This document shows, one piece after another, positions 42,101 through 56,400 of a stretch of DNA of 64,000 nt. Origin of the DNA: the human T2T-CHM13v2.0 reference genome, Homo sapiens. The stretch lies in assembly GCF_009914755.1 (NCBI RefSeq), contig NC_060940.1; one strand, given 5' to 3'. Every line of letters begins with the position of its first letter. Within the stretch, counting starts at the first letter, position 1. The position numbers were made by a program, and so were the translations under genes. The notes under the pieces were generated by a model. That model was not told where the DNA came from and ran no database searches. It saw only the letters and a program-made list of their open reading frames with translations.

Positions 42101-45100
42101 AATGGACTCAAATGGAATCTTTGAATGGACTCGAATGGAATCATCGAATGGAATCCAATGGGATCATCATTGAATGGAATTGAATGGAATCAACAATGAA
42201 TGGAATCAAATGGAATCATTGAATGAAATCCAATGGAATCATCATCAAATAGAAATGAATGGAATCATAATCGAATGGAATATTATGGAATCATCGAATG
42301 GACTCGTATGGATTCATCATCGATTGAAATCGAATGTAATCATAGAATGGAATCGAATGGAATCATCATTGAATGGAATAAAATAGAATCGTTGAATGGA
42401 ATCAAATGGAATCATCAATGAATGGAATCGAATGGAATCATTTAATGGACTCGAATGGAATCATCATCAAATGGAATCAGATGGAATCAACGAAGGGACT
42501 AGAATGGAATCATGAAATGGATTCGAATGGAATCATAATCAAATGGAATCGAAAGGAATCATGGAATGGAATCAAATGGAAACATCATTGCATGGAATCA
42601 AATGGAATCATCGAATGGAATAATCGAATGGAACCGATTGCAGTCAACCACGAATGGAATATTCAAATGCAAACGAATGCAGTCATCCTCGAATGGAATC
42701 AAATGGAATCATCGAACGGACTCGAACGGAAACATCATCGAGTGGAATCGAATGGAATCATCGACTGGAAACGAATGCAATCATAGAATATATTTGAAAG
42801 GACTCACCATCGAATGTAATAGAATGGAATCATCGAATGGACTTGAACGGAATTATCATTGAATATAATTGAATGGAATCATCAAACGAACTCGAATGGA
42901 ATCATCATCGAATGCAATCGAAAAGAATCATCGAATGGACTCGAATGCAATCATCGAATGGACTCGAATGGAATCGTCATCAAATGGAATAGAATGCAAT
43001 CATCAAATGGACTCGAATGGAATTATCATGTAATGGAATCGAATGGAATCATAGAATGAACTCCAATGGAATCATCATCGAATGGAATCGAATGGAATCA
43101 TTGAATGGATTCGAATGGAATCATCATCAAATGGAATCATGTGGAATCAGCGAATGAACTCGAAATGAATCATAATTGAATGGCATCGAAAGGAATCATC
43201 ATCGAATGGAATCACATGGAATCATCATCGAATGAAATCATACGGAATCATCATAGAATGGAATCGAATGATATCATCAAATGGACTCAAAGGTAAGCGT
43301 CAAATTGAATCATACCGAATCATCATCAAATGGAATCGAATGGAATAATCGAAAGGACTCGAATCGAACCATCAAATGGACTCGAACAGAATCATTATAG
43401 AATGGAATCGAATAGAATCATCAGATGGACTTGAATGTAATCATCATTGAATGGAACAGATTGCAATCATTTAATGCACTCGAATGGAATCATCATTGAA
43501 TGGAATTGAATGGCATTAGTGAATGGTCTCGAATGGAATCATCATCAAATAAAATCCATTGGAATCATCGGATGGAATCAATGGAAATATCAAAAGGAAT
43601 TTAATGGAATAATCTTTGAATGGAATGGAATGGAATCATCGAATGGAATCGAATACAATCATCATTGAATGGAATCGAGTGGAATCATTGAATGGCATCG
43701 AATTTAATCACCATTGAATGGACTCAAATGGAATCATAATTGAATTGAATCAGAAGGAATCATCGAATGGACTCGAATGGAATCATCATTGAATAGAATC
43801 AAACGGAATCATAGAATGGAATTGAATGGAATCATCCTCAAATGTAATTAAATGGAATCATTGAATGGAATCAAATGGAATCATCATCAAATGGAATCAT
43901 ATAGAATCAGAGAATGAAATCGAATGGAATCACCATCGAATGGAATTGAATGGAATCACAGAATGATATCGAATGTAATCATCATCGAATGGAATCGAAA
44001 GGAACCATAGCGAATGTACTTGAAAAAAATCATTGAATGTACTCGAATAGAAACATCGAATGGACTTGAAAGGAATCTTGATGGTATGGAGTAGAATGGA
44101 ATAATCGAATGGACCCAATTGGAATCATCATTGAATGGAATAGAATGGAATCATCTAATTTATACGAAAGGAATAATCATTGAATGGAATAGAATGGTAA
44201 GCATCATCGAATGGAATCAAATGGAATCATCTAATGGACCCGAAAGGAGTCATCATTGAATGGAATAGAATGGTAAGCATCATCAATTGGAATCAAATGG
44301 AATCATCTAATGGACCCGAATGGAATCATCATTGAATGGAATAGAATGGAATCATCATCAAATGGAATATAATGGAATAATCATCGAATGGAATCAAATG
44401 GAATCATCTAATGGACCCGAATGAAATCATCATTGAATGGAACATAATTGGATCATCGTCAAATGGAATATAATGGAATCATCATCGAATGGAATCCAAA
44501 GGAATCATCAAATGGATCCGAATGGAATCATCTAATGGACACCAATAGCATCATCATTGAATGGATTTGAATGGAATCATTCAAAGAACACGAATGGAAT
44601 CATCATCTAATGGAATAGAAAGGAAACATCAAATGGAATTGAATGGAGTCATCATTGTTCGGAATCGAGTGGAATTATTGAATGGACTCGAAAGTAATCA
44701 TCGGAGAATGGAATCGAATGGAATCATAGAATGGACTCGAATGGAATCATCGAATGGACTCGAATGGAATCATCATCGAGTGTAATCGAATGGAATCATC
44801 TAATGAACCCGAATGGAATCATCATCGAATGGAATCAAATGGAATCATTGAATGGACTCGAATGAAATCATCATCGAATATAATTGAAAGCAGTCATCAA
44901 ATGGATTCAAATAGAATAATCAAATGGCTCCAATGCAATCAGCATCAAATGGAATCACATGGAAACACTGAATGGACTCGAATGGAATCATCATCAAATG
45001 GAATCAAAGGGAATCATTGAATGCACCCAAATGGAATCATCATTGAATGGAATCGAATGGAATCATCATCGAATGGAATCAAGTGGAATCATTGAATGTA

Positions 45101-48100
45101 CTCAAATGGAATGATCATCGAATGGAATCATATGGAATCATCTAACTCAATCGAATGGAGTCATCATTGAATGGAATCGAATGGAATAATCGAATGGACA
45201 CGAATGGAGTCATCATCAATTGGAATTGAATGCAATCATCAAATGGACTCGAGTGGAATCAGCGTCAAATGAAATTGAATGGAATCATCGAATGGACTCT
45301 AATGGAATCATCATTGAATGGAATCAAATGGAATCATCGATGGGACACAAATGGAATCATCAAATGGACTCTAATGGAATCATCATCGAATGGAATCAAA
45401 TGAAATCATCATCCGATGGATTCGAATGGAATCATCAATGAATGGAATCGAATGGAATAATCGAATGGAATGAGATGGAATCATCATCGAATGGAATCAA
45501 ATAGAAGCATCGTACAAAAACCAAAGGAATCATCAATGAACGGACTCAAATGGAATCATCAATGAATGAACTCGAATGGAATCATCGTGGAATGCAATCT
45601 AATGGAATCATCATCGAATGGAATCGAATGGAAACATCATCGAATTGAATCAAATGGAATCATGATGGAATTGAATTGAATGGCTCATCATCGAATGGAG
45701 TTGAATGGAATCATCTAATGGAAACAAATGGAAGCATCATCAAATGGCGTCAAATGGAATGATCAAATGGAATCGAATGGAATCATCATCGAAAGGAATC
45801 TAATGGAACCATCAAATGAAATCGAATGGAATCACCATCGAATGGAGTCGAATGGAATCATCATCGAATGGAAACTATTGGAATCATAAATTAAGAGAAT
45901 CGAGTGGAATCACTTTCAAATGGTATCAAATGGAATCATCAACGAGTGGAATCGAATGGATTCATCGAATGGAATCCGATGGAATCATGTTCAAATGCAA
46001 CCAAATGGAATCTTTGAATGGACTTGAATGGAATCATCATCGAATGGACTCGAATGGAATCATCATCAAATTGAATCGAATGGTGTCATTGAGTGGACTC
46101 AAGTGGAATCATCGAATGGACTCAAATGGAAACATCATCGAATGGAGTCAAATGGAACCATTGAATGGCATCGAATAGCATCATCAATGAATGGAATCTA
46201 AGGGAATAATCGAATGGTCTCGAATGGAATCATCGAATGGACCCGAGTGGAATCATCATCATATGGAATCTTCGAATGGACTCAAATTGAATCTTCATCG
46301 AATGGAATCGAAAGGAATGTTCAAATGGACTCGAATGGAATCATTGTCAAATGGAAACTAATTGAATGTTAGAATGGACTTGAATGGAATCATCATCGAA
46401 TGGGATTGAATGGAATCATCAAATGGCATCAAATGGAATCATCATCGAATGGAATAGAATAGAATCATCTAATGGACTTGAATGGAATCATCATCAAATG
46501 GTATCAAATGGAATCTACGAGTGGACTCCATTGAAATCTTCATCAAATGCAATCAAATAGAATCATCATCGAATGGAATCGAATGGAACCATCATCGAAT
46601 GGAATCAAATAGAATCATCCAATGGAAAAGAATTGTATCATCATCGAATGGAATCAAATAGAATCATCAAATGAAATCGAATAAAATCATCATCGAGTGG
46701 AATTGAATGGAATAATCATAGTTTGGAATCGAATGGAGTCATCATCGAAAGGAACAAAAAGGAATCATCAATGGAATATAATTGAATCATCATCGAATGG
46801 AATCGAATAGAATCATCGAATGAAATCAAATGGAATAATAATCGAATGGAATCAAATGGAATCATCAACGAATGGAATTGAATGGAATCACCATCGAATG
46901 GAATCGAATGGAATTATCCAATGTAATAGAAGTGAATCACCATCGAATAGAATCATCTAATGAAATTGAATGGAATTATCATCAAATGGACTCAAATGGA
47001 TTCATCAAATGGACACGAATGGAATCTTCATCGAATGGAATACAATGGAATCATCAAAAGGAATCGAATGGAATTGTCATCGAATGAAATCAAATGGAAT
47101 CATTGAATGGACTCGAATGGAATCATCATTGAGTGGAATCGAATGGAATCATTGAATGGACTCGAATGGAATCATCATCGAATGGAATTGAAAGGAATCA
47201 TCAAATGGACTTGAATGGAATCATTGAATGGACTAGAATGGAATCATCATCGAATGAAATTCAATGGAATCATCGAATGGACACGAATGGAACTATCATC
47301 GAATGGAACCGAATGGAATCAGAATGGAATCGAATGGAATCATCATTGAATGGAATCAAATGGAATCGTTATCGAATGGAAACAAATGGAATAATCATCT
47401 AAGGAATCTAATGGAATCATCATCTAATGGAATCGAATGGAATCATCAACGAATGGAATCAAATGGAGAAATTGAATGGAATCTGCTGGAATCATCATCG
47501 AATGGAAATGAATGCAGTCATCATCGAATGGAATCGAATGCAATCATCATCAAAAGAAATAGAAAGGAATCATAGAATGGAATCGGACGGAATCATGGAA
47601 TGGAATCGAGTGGAATCATCATTGAATGGACTCCAATGCAATTTTCATCAAATGGAATTGAATGGAATCATCGAATGGACTCGAGTGGAATAATTGAATG
47701 TACTCAAATGGAATAATCAAATGGACACAAATGGAATCACTGAATGGAATCGAATGGAATGATTGAATGAACTCGAATGGAATCATCATCAAATGAAATC
47801 GGATGGAATCATCGAGTGGACTAGAATGGAATCATCAGATGGACTCCAATGGAGCTATCGAATGGTCTCGAATGGAATCATTAAATGGACCCTAATGGAA
47901 TCATCATCGAATGAAATCGAATGGAATCATCAAATGGAATCGAATGCAATCATCATCAATGAAATCAAATGGAATGATTGAATGGAGTCGAATGGAATCA
48001 TCATCGAATGGAATCTAATGGAATCATCAAATGGACTCAAATGGAATCATCATCGAATGGAATCAAAAGGAATCATGGAATGGACTTGAATGGAATCATT

Positions 48101-49304
48101 GAACGGACTCAAATGAAACCATCATCAAACAGAATCAAATGGAATAATCGAAAGGACACGAATGTAATCATCATCGAATGGAATCACATGGAATCTTTTA
48201 ATGGAATCAAATGGAATCATCATTGAATGGAATCTAATGGAATGATCATTGAATGGAATCCAATGGAATCATCATCGAATAGAATCTAAGGGAATTATCG
48301 CCTAAAGGAATCGAATAGAATCATCAATGAATGGAATCGAATGGAGAAATCAAATGGAATCCATTGGAATCATCATAGAATGGAACCGAATGCAGTTATC
48401 ATCAAATGGAGTCAAATGCAATCATCATCGAGTGGAATCAAAAGGAATCATCATCAAATGGAATCTAAAGGAATCATCATCAAATGGAATCGAAAGGAAT
48501 CATGATCAAATAGAATCGAATGGAATCATCAAATGGAATTGAATGAAATCATCATTGAAATAAATCGAAGGGAATCATCAAATGGAAATGAACGGAATCA
48601 TCAAATGGAATTGAATGGAATCATCATCGAATGGGATCAAATGGAATCATCAAATGGACACGAATGGAATAATCGAATGGCTCGAATTGAATCATCGAAT
48701 GGTATCGAATGGAATCATCAATTGGACTGTAATGGAATCATCATCAAATGGAATTGGATGGAATCAACGAAGGTGCTCGAATGGAATCATCGAACGGACT
48801 AGAATGGAATAATCATCGAATGGAATCGAATGAAATCATCATCGGATAGATTCGAATGGTATCATCACAGAAAGGAATCGAAAGGAATCATCGAATGGAC
48901 TCGAATGGAATAAACGAATGGACTCAAATGGAATCATCGAATGGAATCGAATGGATTTATGAAATGGACTCGAATGGAATCATCATCAAATGGAATCGGA
49001 TGGAATCAATGAAGGGCCTCGAATGGAATCATTGATGGACTCGAATTGAATCATCATCAAATGGATTCTTAAGGAATCATCGAATGGCCTCGAATGGAAT
49101 CATCATCGAAATGAATCTAATGAAATCATCATTGGATGGAATTGAATGGAATCATCATCGAATGGAATCGAATGGAATAATCATATGGAATCGAATGGAA
49201 TCATCAAATGGAATCCAAAGGAATCATTGATAGAAATCGAATGGCATGATCATCGAATGGAGTCGAATGAAATCATCATCGAATGGAATCCAATGGAATC
49301 ATCA

Positions 49305-49506
49305 ATGAAGGGAATCAAATGCAATCATCATCGAATGTAATCGAATGGAATCAACAACGAATGGAATCGAATGGATTCATTGAATGAAATCCAATGGAAT
49401 CATCCATGAAGGGAATCAAATGCAATCATCATCGAATGTAATCGAATGGAATCAACAACGAATGGAATCGAATGGATTCATTGAATGAAATCCAATGGAA
49501 TCATCA
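49305..49506 (+). repeat. Near-perfect 101-bp tandem duplication within HSat2
   Basis: atgaagggaatcaaatgcaatc...caacaacgaatgg...gaaatccaatggaatcatc at 49305 and 49406. Confidence 0.85.
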
Positions 49507-50358
49507 TCAAATAGAAACGAATGGGATCATCGAATGGACTTGAATGGAATCATCATCAAGTGGAATCTTATGGAATCATGGAATGGACTCGAATGGATTC
49601 ATCATCGAATGAAATCGAATGTAATCAGAGAATGAATCGAATGTAATCATCATTGAATGGAATAGAGTAGAATCATCGAAGGGAATCAAATGGAATCATC
49701 AATGTATGGAATCGAATGGAATCATTTAATGGATTCGAATGGAATCTTCATCAAATGTAATTGAATGGAATCATCGAAAGGACTCGAATGGAATCATCAT
49801 CAAATGGAATTGGATGGAATCAACGAAGGCACTAGAATGGAATAATCGAATGATTTTGAATCGAATCATCATCGAATGGAATCGAATGCAATCATAGAAT
49901 GGAATTGAATGGAATCATCGTCACATGGAATCAAATGGAATCTGCATATGGAATTGAATGGAATCATCGATTGGAACAGAATGCAGTCATCCTCGAATGG
50001 AATGGAATGCAATCATTGAACGGACTCGAATGGAATCATCATCAAATAGAATCGAATGGAATCATCAAAAGGACTCGAATGAAATCATTGAATGGACTTG
50101 AATGGAATCATAATCTATTGGAATAGAATGGAATCATCGATTGGACAAGAATGGAAGTATTGTTGAATGGAATGGAATGGAGTCATCGAATGAACTCGAA
50201 TGGAATCATCATCGAATGGAATCAAATGGAATCATCAAATGGATTCGAATGGAGTCATCACTGAATGGAATCATTTGGAATCATCGAATGATCTTGAAAT
50301 GAATCATAATCAAATATTACTGAAAGAATCATCATCGAATGGAATCACATGGAATCAT

Positions 50359-50482
50359 CATGGAATGGAATCATACTGAATCATTATAAAATGGAATTGA
50401 ATGGAATCATCAGTTGGACTCATGGAATGGAATCATACTGAATCATTATAAAATGGAATTGAATGGAATCATCAGTTGGACT
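50359..50482 (+). repeat. Perfect 62-bp tandem duplication within HSat2
   Basis: catggaatggaatcatactgaatcattataaaatggaattgaatggaatcatcagttggact at 50359 and 50421. Confidence 0.9.
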
Positions 50483-53400
50483 CGAATGAAATCATCAAAT
50501 GGACCAAAAAGGAAGCGTCGAATGGACTCAAACCCAATCAGCTTCGAATGGAATCGATTGGAGTCATTGAAAGGACTCGAATCAAACCATCAAATGGACT
50601 CGAACGGAATCATTATAGTATGGAATTGAAAAGAGTCATCGGATGGACTTGAATGGAATCATCATTGAATGGAATCGATTGGAATCATCGAATGCACACA
50701 AATGGAATCATTATCAAATGGAATTGAATGGCATCATTGTATGGACTCGAAAGGAATCATCATCGAATGGAATCCATTGGAATCATCAGATGGAATCAAA
50801 TGGAATTATGTAATGGAATCGAATGGAATCATCTTTGAATGGAATCGAATGGAATCAATGAATGGAATAGAAGGCAATCATCATTGAAAGGAATCGAATG
50901 GAATCATCGAATTGAATCGAATTTAATCACCATTGAATGGACTCAACAGGAATCATCATCGAATAGAATCAGCAGGAATCATCGAATGGACACGAATGGA
51001 ATCATCATCGAATAGAATCAAATGGAATCATAGAATAGAATCAAATGGAATCATAATCAAATGTAATTAAATGGAATCATCAAATGAAATCGAATGGATT
51101 TCATCATTGAACGGAATCAAATAGAATCAGCAAATGAAATCGAATGGAATCAACATCGAATGGAATCGAATGTAATCACAGAATAGTATCGAATGGAATC
51201 ATCATAGAATGGAATAGAATGGAATCATCTAATTTACATGAATGGAATGATCAACGAATGGAATAGAATGGAATCATCATCGAATGGAATCAAATGGAAT
51301 CATCTATTGGACACGAATGGAATCATCATTGAATGGAAGAGAATAAAATCATCATTGAATGGTATCCAAAGGAATCATCAAATGGATCCGAACGGAATCA
51401 CCATAGAATTGAATAGAATGGAATCATCATTGAATGGAATTGAATGGAATCATCTAATGGACTGCAATAGAAACATCATCGAATGGAATCATCTATTGTA
51501 CCCGAATGGAATCATAAAATGGAATCATATGGGATCATCAAATGGACTCGAATTGGATTATCATCAAATGGAATCGAATGGAATCATCTAATGGACCCGA
51601 ATGGAATCATCATCGAATGGAATCGAATGGAAACAACGAATGGACTCCAATGGAATCATCATCGAATATAATTGAAACAATCATCAAATGGATTCGAATG
51701 GAAACATTCAATGGACTCAAATGGAATCATCATCGAATGAAATCAAATGCAATCATTGAATGGACTTGAATGGAGTGGTCATCGAATCAAATCGAATGGA
51801 ATCATGGAATGGAATCCAATGGAATCATCTTCGAATAGAATTGAATGGAATCACCGAATGGACTCGAATGGAGCGATCATCAAATGGAATTGAATGGAAT
51901 CATTGAATAGAATCGAATATAATCATCATCGAATGAAATTGCATTGAATTATTGCATGGACTCGAATGGAATCATCGTCGAATGGAATCGAATGGAATCA
52001 TCGAATGGACTCTAATGGAATCATCATGGAATGGAATGGAATCATCAAATGGATTTGAATGGAATCATCATCGAATGAAATAGGAAGGAATCATCGAATG
52101 GAATCATCATCAAATGGAATCGAATGGAATGATCTAACAGACGTGAATGGAATCATTGTCGAATGGAATCGAAAAGAAACATCAAATAGACACGAATTGA
52201 ATCATTATGGAATGGAATCAAATGGAGTCGTCATCAAATGGAATTGTATAGAGTCCTCATCGAATGGAACTGAATAGAATCATCGAATGGAATATAATTA
52301 TCTCCAAATGGAAACAAATGGAATCATCGAATGAAATCAAATGGAATCATCATCGAATGGAATCGAATGGAATAATCATCAAATGTAATCGAACAGAATC
52401 ATCAACAAATGGAATGGAATGGAATCATCGAATGGACTCGAACGGAATCATCATCGAATGGAATCAAATCTAATCTTCGAATGAACTCGAATGGAATCAT
52501 GATCGAATGGAATCGAATGTAATCTTCAAATGCACTCGAATGGAATAATCATCAAATGCAATGGAAGGGAATCATCATCGAATGGAATCGTCATCGAATG
52601 GAATCGAATGGAATCCTCGAATGGAATAGAATTGAATCAACATAGAATGGAATCGAATAGAATCATCTAATGAAATCGAATGGAATCATCATTGAATAGA
52701 ATCGAATGGAATCATCATCGAATGGAATCAAATCGAATCATTATTGAATGGAATCAAATGGAATCATCATTGACAGGAATCAAATGGAATAATCAACGAA
52801 TGGAATCGAATGGAATCGTTGAATGCAATCCAGTGTAATCATCATCGAATTGAACACAAAGTTATCATTACCTGGAGTCAAATGTAATCATCGAATAGAC
52901 TCAAATGGAATCATCATTGAATGGAATAGAAAGGAATCATTGAACAGAATCCAATGTAATCATCATTGAATGAAATCAAATGGAATCATCGAATGGTCTC
53001 GATTGGAATCATCATTGAATGGAATCAAGAGGAATCATCGAATGCACTTGAATGGAATCACTGAATGGACTTGAAAGGAATCACCATCGAATGGAATCCA
53101 ATGGAATCATGGAATGGACAATAATGGAATCACCATCAAGTGGAATTGAATGGTATCATCGAATAGAATCTAATGGAATCATCATCAAATGGAATCGAAC
53201 ATAATAATCAAATGTACTGAAATTGAATCATCGAATGGACTCGAATGGAATCATCACCAAATGGAATCGAATGGAATCATCAAATAGATTCAAATGTAAT
53301 AATCATCAAACGAAATTGCATTAAATCATGGAATTGACACGAACGGAGTCATCATCAAATGGAATCGAATGGAATCATTGAATAGACGCATACGGAATAA

Positions 53401-56400
53401 TCATCAAATGGAATGGAAAGGAATCATCAAACGAAATCAGTGGAATCATCATCAAATGATATCAAATGGAATAATTGAATGGCACAAAACGGAATCATCA
53501 TTGAATGGAATCAAGTGGAATCATCTAACGGACACGAATGGAATAATCATTGAATGGAATCGAAAGGAAACATCGAATGGACACAAACGGAATCATCACC
53601 GAATGGAATTGAATGGAATCATCATGAAATCGAATCGAATAGAATCGTCATTGAATGGAATCGAATGGAATCATCATCGAATGGAATCAAAAAGAATCAT
53701 TGAATGAAATCAAATGGAATCATCATCTAATGGAACCGAATGGAATCATCATCGAGTGGAATTGAATGGAATCTTAATTGAATGTAATCAAATGAAAACA
53801 TCAAATGGACACGAATGCAATCATCAACTGTGCTTCAATGGAATCATCATCGAATGGAAACAGATGGAATCATAGAATGGACTTGAATGGAATCATCGAA
53901 TGGACTCGAAAGGAAACATCATTGAATGGAATCGAAAGGAATCATCCAATGGACTTGAATGGAATTATTGAATGGACTCGAATGGAATCATCATCGAATG
54001 GAATCAAAAGAAATTATCCAATGATGTTGAATGGAATCCTTGAATGTAGTCGAATGGAATTATCATCAAATACAATCGAATGGAATAATCCAATGGACAC
54101 GAATGGTATCACCATTGAAAGGAATCAAATGGAATCATCATCAAATACAATCAAATGGAATCATTGAATGGACCCGAATGGAATCATCATCGAATAGAAT
54201 CGAATGGAATCATTGAATGGAATCATCATCAAATGGAGTCCAATGAAATCATCAAATGGACTTGAATGGAATCATCATAGAATGGAATTGAATGGAATCA
54301 TCGAATGGAATCGAACGGAATTATCATCGAGTGGAATCAAATAGTATCATCGAATGTACTCGAATGGAATCATCAATGAATGGTATCATCGAATGGAATC
54401 AAGTGGAATAATCTTCAATTGGCATCAAAATAAGTCACCGAATGGTCTTGAATGGAATAATCATCTAAAGGAATTTAATGGAATCATCGAATCATATCGA
54501 ATGGAATAATCATCAAATGGAATCGAATAGAATGACCAATCGGACTTGAATGGCATCATTAAATGGAATCATATTGAATCATCATCGAATGGAATCGAAA
54601 AGAATCAACACCAAATGGAGTCGAATGGAATCATCATCAAATGGAATCCAAAGGAATCATCATTGAATGGATTCAAATGGAATCATCGAATGGACTTGGA
54701 GGGAGTCATCGAAAGGAATCAAACAGAATCATCAACGAATGGAATCGAAGGGAATCATAGGATGGAATCCAGTGTAGTCATCTTCGAATTCAACCCAATG
54801 GAATCATTAAATGGACTCCAATAGAATCATCAAATGGACTCAAATGGAATAATCATCGAATGGAATAGAATGGAATCATCAAATGCAATCGAATGGAATC
54901 TTCGAATGGACTTGAATGGAATCATCATCGAATGGAATCAAATGGAATCATGGAATGGACTCGAATGGAATCATCATTGAATGGAATTGAAGGGAATCAT
55001 CAAATGGACTTGAATGGAATCATTGAATGGACTCGAATGGAATAGTCATCAAACGAAACCAAATGGAATCATCGAATGGAATCGAATGGAATCATCATTG
55101 AATGGAATCGAATGGATTTGTCTTCGAGTTCAATCAAATGGAATCATCATCAAATGGAATCATCATGTAATGGAATCGAATGGAATCATCAACGAATGGA
55201 ATCAAATGGAGAAATCGAATACAGTCCTTTGGAATCATCATTCAATGGAACCGAATGCAGTCGTCATCGAATTGAATCGAATGGAATCATCAGCAAATGG
55301 ATTCGAAAGGAATCATTATGGAATAGAATCAAACGGAATCATCAAATGGAATGCAATGGAATCATTACGGAAAGGAATCGAAGGGGATCATCAAATAGAA
55401 TCAAACAGAATCATTGAATGGAATCGAAGGGAATGATCATCGAATGGACTCAAATGGAATTATCATCGAAAGGAATCAAATGGAATCATCGATTGGACTC
55501 TAATGGAATAATCGGATGGACTCCAATGGAATCATCAAATGGAATCGAATGGAATCATCGAATGGACTCGAATGGAATCATCATTGAATGGAATTCAATG
55601 AAATCATCGAATGGACTCGAATGGAATCATCATCGAATGGAATCAAATGGGATCATCATGAAATGGAATCGAATGGGATCATCATGAAAATAAATCCAAT
55701 GGATTCACTGAATGGACTCGAATGTAATGATCAAATGGGCTCGAATGGAATCATCAAATGGAATTGAATAGAATCATTGAATGGACTCGAATGGAGTCAT
55801 CGAATGGACTCTAATGGAATCACCATAAAATGGAATCTTATGAAATCATCAAATGGACTCGAATGTAATCATTGAATGGACTTGAATGAAGTCATCGAAT
55901 GGATTTGAATGGAATTATCATCCAATGGAATCAGAAGGAATCCTCGAATAGAATCAGATGGAATCATCAAATGGAATCGAAAGGAATCATCATCGAATGG
56001 AATTGAAGGCAATCATAGAATGGAATTGAAGGCAATCATCATTGAATGAAATCAAATGGAATCATAGAATGGAATCTCCGTCAAGGGCAATTGAGTGGAA
56101 TCATTGAATGGAATCAAATGGAATCATTGTCGAATGGAATGGAATGGAATCAATGAATGGAAATGAATGGAATCACCAATGAATGGAATCGAATGGAATC
56201 ATCATTGAAGGGAATCAAATGGAATCATCGAATGGACTCGAAGTGTATCATCATCAAATGGAATCATGTGGAATCATCTAATGGGCACGAATAGAATCAT
56301 CATCGAATGGAATCATATGGAATCATCTAATGTACTTGAATGGAATCATCATTGATTGGAATAGAATGGATTCATCGAATGGAATCGAACAGAATCATCA

